A stretch of DNA of 64,000 nt from Eledone cirrhosa. Taxonomy: Eukaryota. The translations under genes were made by a program, and so were the position numbers. Within the stretch, counting starts at the first letter, position 1, and the number at the start of each line of letters is the position of its first letter. Of this stretch, positions 46,006-58,130 are shown one piece after another. The notes under the pieces are model-generated. The model did not search any database, was not told the DNA's origin, and saw only the letters and a list, made by a program, of their open reading frames with translations. The stretch lies in assembly GCA_964016885.1 (NCBI GenBank), contig OZ024740.1:338272001-338336000 (forward strand), written 5' to 3'.

Positions 46006-46635
46006 GTGCAACTTGATTTTGATACTTAACCATGAGCATCTCAGATGTGACCTTTTAGTCCTGCTAGGGACTTGCCTATGGCCAGCAATACCATACATTG
46101 CAAACAAAATGTCATACATTAAGCGATGCCTGTGCTTGAAGCTTTTTTAAGTTAGGAAAGGCTTTGCACTCTCTGAACATCGAATGCATTTAACCAAAAA
46201 GCAGAACTGGTCTTCATCATTGGATGCAAATGAAGTCATACATTTTATATCAAAGTGACCCTCTCCTAGAGAGATGTCTTAAGGAAGACTAGAAGTCTCT
46301 CACCCCACAAAAAAAACTTTATTGGATGGCCGTTGATGCTCCTGAGTTTCTCCGCCCTTTGACGGATTTGACGGATTTTTGTTTCTCATCCCACATGGTG
46401 TCCCAAATCACCCTCCTCCCCAAGAAGCTTGGTGGGGTTCCCAGTTTAGTCACAGACGACTCGACCATTCACAGGTTGCACTGATTTACATGTTACCTGT
46501 AACAATCAAGAGCAGCCTGACATACCACCCTCCTCACCAAGCAAGCTTGGTGGGGTTGCCAGGTTAGTTGCCACCAACCCGACCATGCACAGGTCGTATT
46601 GGGTTACATGTTACCAGCAGCACTCAAGAGCAACA

Positions 46636-46746
<111 letters not shown>

Positions 46747-47770
46747 CATATATTATTTTCAAAATAACCAAAGATTCAAGGAACCCCATTGCATTGAGCT
46801 TTTAACCATAACCGGTAAAACAGTTTTACTCCAGTTAATAATATTATTATTACTACCATTATATATAGATACACCACACACACATACACACATATATATA
46901 TATATAAATTGTAGAGTATAATTATTTATTGCAAACAGCTGGTACTGCCTGTGTCGCAATTTATAATATTGCATGTTGTACAATTCTATAGACAATGTTA
47001 TTAGGAGGAAAATGAAAATATGAAACATGGTGTTAGATCATCAATTACGTTGGTTATATAAAACCTTGTGGTTTTGGCACGTGGAATGGATTTCATATAA
47101 GAGCTTCCCTTGAAAGAATATCACTCCTAATTAATATATTGTACTGATGTTCTCATTTTAAGGGCTTATTATGATACATTAAGACAGTTTTATGTGGTAA
47201 TAACTCTCCACATATTATCATAATTTGAATTGGTACTCATCAAGTATGTAATTCTAAAGTATCCATTGCACAAATATATGAAGCTTGTCATATATCTATA
47301 AATACAAATACACACACACACATATATATATATCATCATCATCTTTTTATACCGTCACTTATTGCCTGTTTTCCCTGCTACAAAGGGTTATATATGAATG
47401 TGTGTGTGCTTGAGTCTATGTTTACATTTGTATGTCTGCTTGGGTTTATGTTCCATAACTTAGCAGTTCCCCAAGCAACAATCGATATAATATGTAGCAG
47501 ACTTGAAAGACAAGTAAACTGGTCAGTATGATTGTCTAAATCAAGGCAATGATCTAGCATGGCTGTAGTCTAATGACTGAAACCAGTAAAATAATTAAAG
47601 AATACATATATATATATCATCATCAACATCATCATCATCACTGTTTAATGTCCATTTTTCCATGCTGGCATGCATTTGATGAGTTGTCCTGTTGTTAGAC
47701 AAGCCAGGTCAGATGACCATGTCTTGCTCATACAGAACTGATTTTGGCTTGATTTCTATAGCTGGATCAG

Positions 47771-47844
<74 letters not shown>

Positions 47845-49440
47845 CTGTTTTACGTCCGTTCTTCCATGCTAGCATGGGTTAGACGGGTTGTCTTGTTGTG
47901 GGCAGTGTCTGGTCGGCTGACCATGCCTTGCTCATACAGGAACTGATTTTGGCTTGATTTCTACAGCTGGATGCCCTTCCTAACACCAACCTCATTTACA
48001 GTGAGTGATGGGTGCTTTTTCCGTGGCGCCTACACGTCCACTGTACAGTGTGGGCTGGGTGCTTTTTTGCCATGGCACCTCCACGACCACCTTGCAGTGG
48101 GAGGGTGTGGGGGCATATTGTCTATATGCTTCAGCTTGTACCCATAGGAGGTCGGGTACTCTGTATTACTGCGTGACGCCAGAGGTCACGGTTGTGTGTC
48201 ATCGCCTTTGAGAGGTGTAATTGGGTAAGGTCGGCTTTTATCACCTCATCCCAGGTCTTCTTGGGTCTCCCCACTCCGCGGTTTCCATTGACTTCTAGTG
48301 CTCTGCACCTTTTTATGCAGCTGTCATCCTTCATACGCATCACATGTCCATACCAACGCAACCGCCTCTCCTGCACACATAATTTGATTCCTCTTATGCT
48401 CAGTCTCTCTCTCAATTCATTTATGCTTTGCCGTTTGCGTATATTACTATTACACATCCATCGGAGCATGCAGGCTTCGTTTCTTTCTAATCTACGTAAG
48501 TCTTCCACCTTCAGCGCCCAGGTCTCACTACCATGTAACATTGTTGTTCGGATACACGCATCATACAGTCTGCCTTTCATTTTGAGGGAGAAGCCTTTTG
48601 CAGCTAGCAGTGGCAGTAGTTCCCTGAACTTCTTCCATCCCGTTCTTACCCTAGTTATTGTACTTTCTGAACACCCACCTCCGCTGCTAATTCGGTCACC
48701 TAGGTATCAGAAGCTGTCTACTGTTTCTACAGAGCCCTCCCAGAGATTGGTGGTACTTGTTTCCTGTGGCTGTTTGCTGCTTGCTGTCCCAGCACAGCTG
48801 CTGCATGTGAAGCCTACATTCTTAATTAAGCTTCCTGAGATCCCGCTACATCTCTTGTGTACCCATTGTTTGCATTTAGGGCAGAGAATGGAGTTCCTTC
48901 CTACACCTTTCCTTCATACTGAGCAAGGCCATTTCCCTGAGGGGATCTGGGTTCTGTTTTCTCGTCTACTTACAAGGACCTTAGTCTTTGTCAGGTTGAC
49001 TTTGAGACCCTTTCTTTCTAGTCCCTGCTTCCAAGTTCGGAATTTATTCTCTAGTTCTACCATAGATTCAGCTATAAGTGCGAGGTCATCAGCATACAGT
49101 AGTTCCCATGGGCATCCGGTCTTAAACTCCTCCGTTATTGCCTGCAGGACTATGATGAACAGGAGAGGGGTAAGAACAGAGCCCTGGTGGACACCAACTT
49201 GTACGCTAAATTCCTCGCTATACTCATTGCTAATCCTAACTTTGCTGACTGCTCCCCTATACATGGCTTGTACAGCTTTCACAAGCCATTCATCTACTCC
49301 TAGTTTTCTAAGAGCCCACCAGATTATAGCATGGGGAACTCTGTCAAAGGCTTTCTCGAGATCGACGAATGCCAGGTAGAGTGGCTTACCTTTAGCTAGG
49401 TACTTTTCCTGTAACTGCCTCACAAGGAAGAGGGCATCAT
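47771..49440 (-). mobile_element. 5'-truncated RTE LINE with two in-frame TGA codons and an expanded (CAT)n tail
   Basis: ORFs 48914..49468 and 48131..48580; TGA at 48707-48709 and 48914-48916. Confidence 0.95.
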
Positions 49441-49509
49441 TGGTGATGACTTTCCTAATGCCAACCACATTTACAGTGTCTACTGGGTACTTTTTATTGT
49501 GACATCTAA

Positions 49510-50130
49510 GAGCTTACCAGATTATGACACGGGATGCACAGTTAAAGATTAGTGTGCACATGAATGCTGAAGTTTACCAAGCATATGTGCTTACAGCTTT
49601 GTAAGACACGGAAAAGATTATGTGGGCATATTCAGTACCTCAAATATTTCCACCAACAATGCTTGCACTTCATCCTGAAGATTTCATGGAGATCCCAAAC
49701 ACTAGATACTGATGTGCAGCAGTGAGCCTGTCTATCAAACATTGATACCATGATCATGGACCAGCATCTCTAGTGGTCAGGTCACATACTACTACTAGAG
49801 GACAGCAGACTTCCAAAAGAGGTAATGTATGAAGAGCTGTTGCAAAGCAAATGCCAGCAGTGTAAGTCACACAAAAACTTTGAAGACTGCTTGAAAGATA
49901 CCATGAAACAACTTGTAAGATAGAACCCTGGGGTGAAATCTGATTGCTACCAGTGTTAAGGAATTTAAACAGAAGCAGAGGGTGTATGCTGAAGTGAAGC
50001 AAACAGATAAAGATCTGGCAGATATTAACCCGCTCCCAGAACAGAATTCAAAAGAGACTTTACCTGTGAGGTATGTAGATATGTATGTCAAAGGCTGGGT
50101 ACTAAGCCATATCAGGCGTCCGTACATCTT
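49510..50130 (+). mobile_element. Ancient RTE/BovB-like relic
   Basis: Fragments FHQQCLHFILKISW and TCEVCRYVC..LSHIRR resemble the RTE C-terminus; heavily frameshifted. Confidence 0.5.
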
Positions 50131-51167
50131 GATTTTGCATGTGGCAACTGTGCCAACGTATGCCACACCAATCAAACTCAAGCAGATGAGAAACTTAATT
50201 ATACACTGAGTGATATGACAAGTAAGTCACTTCCTAGTTAAATGAGCCATCTAATGTGACATCAATATTAATAACACGTTTTTGCCAATATCTTACAATT
50301 GTGAGCCAAATACCCTAACCACTAAGCTATGCATCTTCATATATATATATAATGTGTACTTTCAGTAAATTAATTATCTTTCGTGGGTGTTATGCATACA
50401 AAGTAAACAAAACTTACACATTTATGTTGACATATTTATATAAGTACATATGAATAGCTGTGTGTTTGTATCTGTCATGAAATTTATGTCTGACTTGTCT
50501 TTTGTTAAAATTATAATATAGCAAAGTAGCAATTGAAAGCCAGTTTGTTAATATTTATAGTGTGAAGTGTCTTCTGAATGGTAAACATACATATAAACAC
50601 ACACACACATACCTGCACACCAACACATGTACACGCACACATATTCACTCTTACAGATACACACTCATAACTTCAAACATATGCACATACTTTGTATGAA
50701 AAATATCTGTATATATAGAAGGAAATGTTAAAATATTTATGACTCTCAAAACATCTGTTGTTAAGCCCAATATCAAGCAAAATTGAGCGGACCTATGATC
50801 AAAGACACGGCAACTGTATCTAGCCGATGTTTTGCGGGTATATTATGTGTCTTTTTTTATTTAACAATTTTGTTACCATATTTGTAATGAAATATTAATA
50901 ATATTGAAAAATATCAAGCCGAGTTTGGCTTTGCTTTTCATCCTTAGGGTACCAATAAAATAAAGTACCAGCAACAAACTGGGGTCGATTTAATCGACTT
51001 TCTCCTCCTCTAATATTGTTTATCTTGTGCCTAAATCAGAAACCGTTATCAAGCTGGTGTTTAGAATATAGCTCAAATGTTTTACATAAAATATGATAGT
51101 CAGATATGGTATAGGGATAGTAACTCTACACTGTCATTAGTCAGCTAGGTTACGAGAACATCGATAC

Positions 51168-51396
51168 CAGTGGTTCCCAAACTGTTTTTACTCATGGCAC
51201 ATTTTTGAAAAAGTAAATATATGCTGGTACACATGAGAAATCTTGTTACTAGACTTGTTTTCCTCTGTGACAGCTATATATGAACTTTAACTTTGTATTT
51301 TTCACATCATAAAACTTAATCTTAGTCTTTTGCAGCACATCTAGTTACATCTTGAGCCACATCAATGCACCATGGTGCATGGCTTGGGAACCATTG
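51168..51396. mobile_element. hAT (Charlie-like) MITE
   Basis: Terminal inverted repeats CAGTGGTTCCCAA / TTGGGAACCATTG; degenerate 8-bp flanks ATCGATAC/ATTTGTAC. Confidence 0.65.
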
Positions 51397-51502
51397 ATTT
51401 GTACTCTCAGTGGTTAGATATATGAGAAAGCATATCTACACTGTCAATGGTTATATATAAGGAGACTGTATATCTACACAGTCAGTGGTCAGATATGGTG
51501 TG

Positions 51503-51658
51503 AAAACAACATAACACACAAAAACAAGGTGTGTAGGACAGAACAAAGGAGAGACACAAAATAAGAAATCAGTCACTGAGGAGGTTACAGAATGTATGAC
51601 AAAAGACCTTTGACAATATATAAACAACCATCCAGTTATTGAAACAATCAGCCAGAAA
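51503..51658 (+). mobile_element. PLE pLTR 5' part with decayed HHR (51572-51614); continues at 55424-55498 after the Helitron
   Basis: Aligns to 27280-27443; the remainder aligns to 27474-27545. Confidence 0.85.
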
Positions 51659-54600
51659 TCTATATATATAAAACAGAAGATGTCTGTCTGTCTGTCTGTG
51701 TAACCACATGCATTTCTACATTTTACAACCGATTTGCACCAAATTTCATACATAGGTTTCTGAAATCCTATTACGCGTCGTAGGCTATATTATTTTTCCG
51801 TACATTGATTGTGGGCCCCTCCAGGGTCAGATAACCCCCTTAAGCTTCTCACTTGAAGTCAGCAGTACTACTGCATAAAGGCCCCATAATTCCTGCAGTT
51901 TGCCTCCCATCTTCACCAAAATTAATCTTTTGTTTGCTTATGGCCTAAAAATAAATTTGCAGGCATGCACTTGCGCAGAAATTCAGGTAGGGGACCTCTT
52001 GGGGGGCAGTAAACCGACTTGATGAATGTTGAAGTTGATATCATTAATGCAACAAAACGTCATAAGTGCTTGAGTTGGTGTTTGGTTTTCACGAAGCGAG
52101 ACGTATTTGTTTCCCATGGCTTATACAGGAAGGTGAACACATGAACTTTTACTTGAACTTATCAAGGGGACCGGGGGGGGGGGGCGGTTAGTAAGCCCCT
52201 TCGACTTATCTATTGAAGTTCACATTAACACTGTATTAGTACCTGATAACGTTTGAAGTTTACGTTCAATTTTAACTTTACCGGACACATTGATTACCCA
52301 TTGCCTAAAGATGATGTTGAAGACACTGTCTATACCCGGAACAAGCAAGGGAACCCCCAGGGGGAAAGCCCCGGTGAGTCATTTATTGAATTTGGCTATT
52401 TTAATGCTGCAAAGCATCATAGCTTTGATAATTGGTAGTCCAATAAAACGAATTTCGACTTCATGTACTACAGATAAAGTTACAGTGAGGCACATTTACT
52501 TTCATTTCAATTCAGCAAAAGGACCCCCTCGGGGATAATGAGCCCAATTCATTAACCTATAAAAGTTAAAACTGCCACAATAAAAAAGCACCATAACCTC
52601 GGGAGTTTATACTTGATTCTTAACAAAATCTAAACGAAATGGTTATTGCCTGCCATAAGATAAAGCACCACACATTCGTTATCACTTGAATTTTGCAAGG
52701 GACCCCCCCCCCCCCCCCGGAGGGCAGTGAGCCCCTTTGGACCACTTTTAAAGTTCATATTATGGTTGCAGCAAAGCATTTCGACTTCTGGAAATAAAAG
52801 TCAATTTAAACGCAAGTTGACGCATCGGTTACTCATGTCCTACAAATGGAGTAGCGAATTTTTAAATCCCCCTGACTTAATTTTAGTTTGTTTAGTTAAC
52901 TTTAGGATGATTGAATTTAATTTTGCACCCGGTTGTCTCTCCCGTGTAATTGCTCCACAATTAAGTGCGGAACGGGGAGTTAAATTTTTTTCCTTGAACT
53001 TTGGCGTCATTTCAAACTCCTAAGCAAGAAAGCGCGATTTAATCCAGGTGTAAATTTTAACGCCTACTGTATGTGGATTGTGCTATTTCACACTCATGCC
53101 TAAACTGTGCAAATGATTGATTAGTTTTTGCACCCGGTTGTCTCTTCCGTTTATTTGCACCTCAATTAAGTGCGAAATGGCGACCTCTGACCAACCACAC
53201 ATCAGTGAGTTGTGTTCAGTAGATTTCATCACACTTATTTGCATTATCTAACCAATCAGACAACTCGAGTGTTTTTCATTGAGCGAAATCACTCCTATTT
53301 ATATCGGTTAAGTCCGACCTAGGATCACACTTCTTTTTTGACTTTTGACAAGTGGTAGGTTCTTTTACATGCGTACTCTCATAAGCTACCCCCTGCTTCT
53401 TCAACATTTGTCACCTTAAAGGAGGTTTAGTTAATGTGTTTATGGTCATAAGGTTTCAGTTTGTCATGCTGTGATTTTTCGGCCATTTTTGCCTGTATCC
53501 TTTAAATGGTTAGTACTTACTTATTATTATGTTCGAACTGAACAAACATACTGACACTTATACACCTACCACTGTAGCCACACTATTTAATTTCCTTTAT
53601 CACAGGTAGTCCATACGCTGCGTTTCCCCTAACTTAAAACCTGAAATTTGACTGGTACACAAAATCTTGCAAAACACATAGATTTATGAAATTTTTTCAC
53701 AATTTATATCTGTTTAGATTTGCTTACTTAAACGTTATTTGTCCACTATTTATCGTTCTTCCTAGTTAATTTTCTAAAAACAACCCCCCCCCCCTCAAGA
53801 AAGAACTTTCATTGGTCGATTATCTAATGATGCAAGTAGGTCTAAGCGAAGGCGTCTCACCGAAGATGTAAATGTGACTGCGATCAGGCCCTCACAGAAT
53901 GCTGTGCAGACGGCAGCTGCAAGAGCGGAGGAGTATGACAGTCGGCGTGAAGTTCAACAGAACAATGATGCTGCCGCAACTGCTGCAGCTCGTGCTCGAA
54001 AGGATGAGGGACGACACGCCATTCGACGAAGCAGGGACGCCGGTGCCACTGCTGCTGCACGAAATACTGAAACCAGAGAGCAACGACGTGGCCGACTTCT
54101 GCAAAGTGAACAGCGGCGATCATCGTTACGTGGCATTTCTAGGACTTGCAATTCACGATGGTTGTTGAAGGCCTTTAACTACGACCCCTCCTCCGACTAC
54201 GCTGTGCTTGCCTGGAAACCTGCACGTCTACAAGTTCCTTGACTATGGCTGATCCAGACGAAGTTGTTAATTACCCCACAGAATTTCTTAACACCCTAGA
54301 CCCTCCTGGATTGCCACCACACTTACTGCGACTTAAGAAAGGTGCCCCTATCATGCTCCTCAGGAATTTGGAACCCCGAAGGCCTTCCAACGGCACGCAT
54401 CTTGTCGTCCAAAAGGCGATGCCTCATGTTATTGAGGCAACAATACTTACAGGATGTGGTAAGGGGGGATACTGTCTTCATACCAAGGATACCTCTCATT
54501 CCATCCGGTAAGGACATTCCTTTCACATTCAGAAGGCTGCAATTCCCTCTCCGGCTCAGTTTCGCCATGTTGATTAACAAATCACAGGGTCAGACGCTGA

Positions 54601-55423
54601 CGGTAGTAGGGCTTAATTTAGAAGAACCATGCTTCTCCCATTGTCAACTATATGTTGGCTGCTCTCGAGTGGGGAGCCGACATAACCTATTTGCCTTTGT
54701 AACTTGCGAGAAAAGCCAAAATATAGTCTATAAGGAAGTTTTGTAAGCACCCCATCCGCCAACAAGTAATCGATGTTTTTTTTTTTTGTATAAGTGCTTG
54801 CATTTGCTGTATCCGTGTGTTATTTTAGTCCTTTTGACAATACCACGTACGCCCCTGAGGTTGCTTTTGCTATACGTTGTAAATGTTCAATGTCTCCGTT
54901 TTCCGCATTTATATGTTGCTATTACACTTTGCTATCGATGTTCCGTAGTTTTAACCTAATTAATCTACTTTTCCCTATATCTTATTTACACATTTTTTTT
55001 TACATTCCAGCGTGATCTTGCCAAGGCCATTTTTGTGGCCACCGACTGTTACATGCTCTTCTAGGTTACAATCTCAAATAACAAGAAAAGCAAATACAAC
55101 ACACCAAAGTGGTGTGAAGGACTTCTTAAGGGCTACCACCTCTAATTGGAGTCGTCTTTGCTGACAGTTCTGCCACTGGGACTTTTAAGAGTGAACGATC
55201 CAAAGCCCTCTTCAGGGCCACCAAGTTTAAATTGTTACCATCTGATTCATCTTTGCTGGCAGTACCGCCGCTGAGATATTTCAAAGTGACGTCAAAGGCC
55301 TTCTTTAGGGCCAACACCTATAAATTGTTACTGCTATAGTCGTGTTTAATGGAAGTCTTTCGGTTCATTTGGACGACTACTCCATTGAAAGTTATACCAG
55401 GCACTGCCGGGTACCTCTGCTAG
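51659..55423 (+). mobile_element. Internally deleted Helitron (3765 bp)
   Basis: 5' TC (TCTATATATATAAAAC), 3' CTAG with GC hairpin CCAGGCACTGCCGGG, inserted between A and T without a target-site duplication; Pif1 helicase remnant. Confidence 0.92.
54239..54746 (+). pseudogene. Helitron Pif1-family helicase C-terminal remnant (frameshifted)
   Basis: YPTEFLNTLDPPGLPPHLLRLKKGAPIMLLRNL; FIPRIPL..RLQFPLRLSFAMLINKSQGQTL..FSHCQLYVGCSRV..NIVYKEVL. Confidence 0.95.
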
Positions 55424-55492
55424 TTCATAATAAATTGAAGTGAAAACCAATAAGTGCGTGAGTTTTATTGGCAGCATGACCATCCCAAAGTA

Positions 55493-55574
<82 letters not shown>

Positions 55575-55580
55575 TGTTTC

Positions 55581-57000
55581 TTTATTAGCCACAGGGGGAC
55601 AAATACAAAGGGGGAAGTTTACATACAATAAAAACGTGTAAAATATTATCACAACTGCAATTTAAAAATTAGTCGATTTTCCCCAATAGGGGGAGACAGT
55701 TCATATGGGTAACACATACTCCCGAAAAAATGTGCAACCCTCCAGGAGTACGAAGAGTTTGTACTCCTTTTACTCAACCTATAGGCTGATATAGAGAGAA
55801 GGCCCATTCACTCGGGCCATTCTCGCCACTTTCACCCACCTTTCATAAAACTTGCTGGGGTACAGCACCTCTCTCTCCATCCTGATTCTTCTTCCAAAGT
55901 GGTATTTGAAAAAAAATAATCACTTGTTGGCCGGAGAGAAAGGTGTCTGACCTCAGCCCTTTCAACCTTGTCCACCATACAACCTCTTTCGCCATAGCTA
56001 TCACACAAAGGAAAACCGCCTCTCCTTCGTTTTTGAAGGAAGGTGGCGGTTTGATCATGACAATGGACTCGGTGGTCAACCGGATTGGTCCCACCCGCGA
56101 CAATAGTCATTCTACATAGCCCCACAGGTCGGTAACGCCCGGGCAGTGTATGAATGCGTGCGCGACGGTTTCTTCGTCTCGCACGCACCTCGGACAGATC
56201 TTTTTTGCAGGGTCCCTGCCCGGGCGCCCATGTCTGTAGAGCTTGTCTCGAACTGATAGAGCTCCTCGGTAGCACTGCCAGGCCAGGGACTTTTGGAAGT
56301 TGTCCATTGGTCCCGGGCGGAAGATCCTACCGAACAGACTGGCCAGTTCGTCTCGAGTTTCACCGAGCGCGTCATCGCACTTGCTGCGGATCAACGCTCT
56401 TCTATAGTATGATGAAGTGGAGTCTCCACTGATCGCCCGGTCCGCCTGCCAGAGGGCTGTGAGCGCCTGAGCACATTCGATGTACCAGTCGCCCATTTTC
56501 CTCGGTCTTTGCTTGACCCAGGACTGCAGCTCGGTCAGCGAGACAAGTCGTGGGAAGGCTCGCCTCACGAACGGGGCCCACACCGGTTGTCCGGTGAGGA
56601 ATACGTAGATATGCCGCAGCCTGAGCGCGTGTTTGCGCATCGTCAGCCACTGGCTCGAGAGTCAGTACGTACAGAAAGGAGGAGAGAGGGCATCCCTGTC
56701 GGATGGATCGCGTGATATGGAACGGCTCCGAGAGGTAGGGACATCAGTGTGTGGTGTGGTGGGGTGTTTAGTGGCGGAGGGTGTCTGGGGTGGTGGGAGG
56801 GAAACATTTCAAAAGGACGCGATTGATGGGTCTAGTACAGGAGTTCCCCACTTCCTCGGGGAAGTTCTGTTTGAGCATTGGGACCCTAATCATTTTAAAA
56901 TGTGGTTTAGTCGCTGCGTTGGTGAACATTTTCCCTTCGGTTTCCACTGAAGGGTCGTTGTCTATTGTTTGTTCAAGTGTTTTGTTGTTTGTGTTGATGT
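55581..57000 (-). mobile_element. Tx1/L1-like non-LTR fragment (ORF2 zinc-binding C-terminus)
   Basis: ORF 56107..56640 contains SLAWQCYRGALSVRDKL..CPRC..EETVAHAFIHC..W. The 3' end abuts (GA)n. The 56650-57000 part is assigned with less certainty. Confidence 0.8.
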
Positions 57001-57954
57001 ATGTATACTGTTTTTGTTAGATAGCTAGATAGATAGATAGATAGATTTACTGTCAGTGGTTAGATATCATTAAGAAGAAAATCTATTTCTGCATTATCAA
57101 AGGTTAGATAAGGTATAGAGCTGAGGTCAAGAACCTACAATTCCAGTGTCATATGTTGTTCTTTAGTCCCTACCAAGTAACTGTTAGATGCTCTGAAATT
57201 CTTTTTATTCTATTGAATCTGCAATCTTGTATTGAATATAAGCCATAACTTATGACCGATCTATTGAAGCAATTTCAATGAAGATTCAAAGCCAAAAATT
57301 GCATTGAGTGAGAAAATAGTTAGTTAGACTCATGTTTCCTTGCATGTATTTTTGTTTACAATATAATGTTTCAATTATTATTATTTATTTATTTTTTAGT
57401 TAAAGATGTCTATTTTGATTGGAAAAGTTCAGCACTTCTAGTATTGAAAAATTGTATTAACCTTACATATACTATTGCTGGTTATGTTATTAACCCAAGA
57501 GTAAAAAAAAATTACTTAAACAGCAAAGTGGTTCAAATAAGACATCACATGGTGTAACAATGCTGTTAACTGGATTTTTTAGTGTCAGCACTGTCAACTG
57601 GACACTTTTGAGTATTTTCTGAAGAATCCTCATACATGCTTTAGATCAGACCCACTACCTAGTTCCCTCTTCATACACACTTGCCCTGTATCCTTTGACT
57701 TTCATATGTTCAGGTTGGGCATCAGTCACATCAGTAAAAGAGTGTATGGGGAGTATATAAAAGTATAGATTGTATGGCCTCTTTTTCAGATGTGAACAGA
57801 CAAAACTAAGCACTCTAAGTGCTTTCAGAGACTTAACAACTAGGTGTCATTTTATATATCTATTATATATATCAATAAAATAGAATATATACATTTATGT
57901 ATTTGTTTTGCAAGATTATTGATGAAACATTGTGTGTTAAGCTAGATATTATTA

Positions 57955-58130
57955 ACCAGAAAAAAGAGGAGATACAGAAAAGAAGAATAAATAGTCATTG
58001 AGGAAGTCATAGAATGTGTGACAAAAGAGCTTTGACAAAATAATCAATATCTAATAATTTTAAAGTTGAAGTGAAAATCAGATAGTGTGTGTGTTTTATT
58101 GGCAAAATGTCCAGCCCCAAATATAGCAGA
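57955..58130 (+). mobile_element. Old PLE pLTR relic with decayed hammerhead (57994-58036)
   Basis: GTCA TTGAGGA aGTCATA..TGTGAC AAAA GAGC TT TGAC aligns to 27353-27395. Confidence 0.7.
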
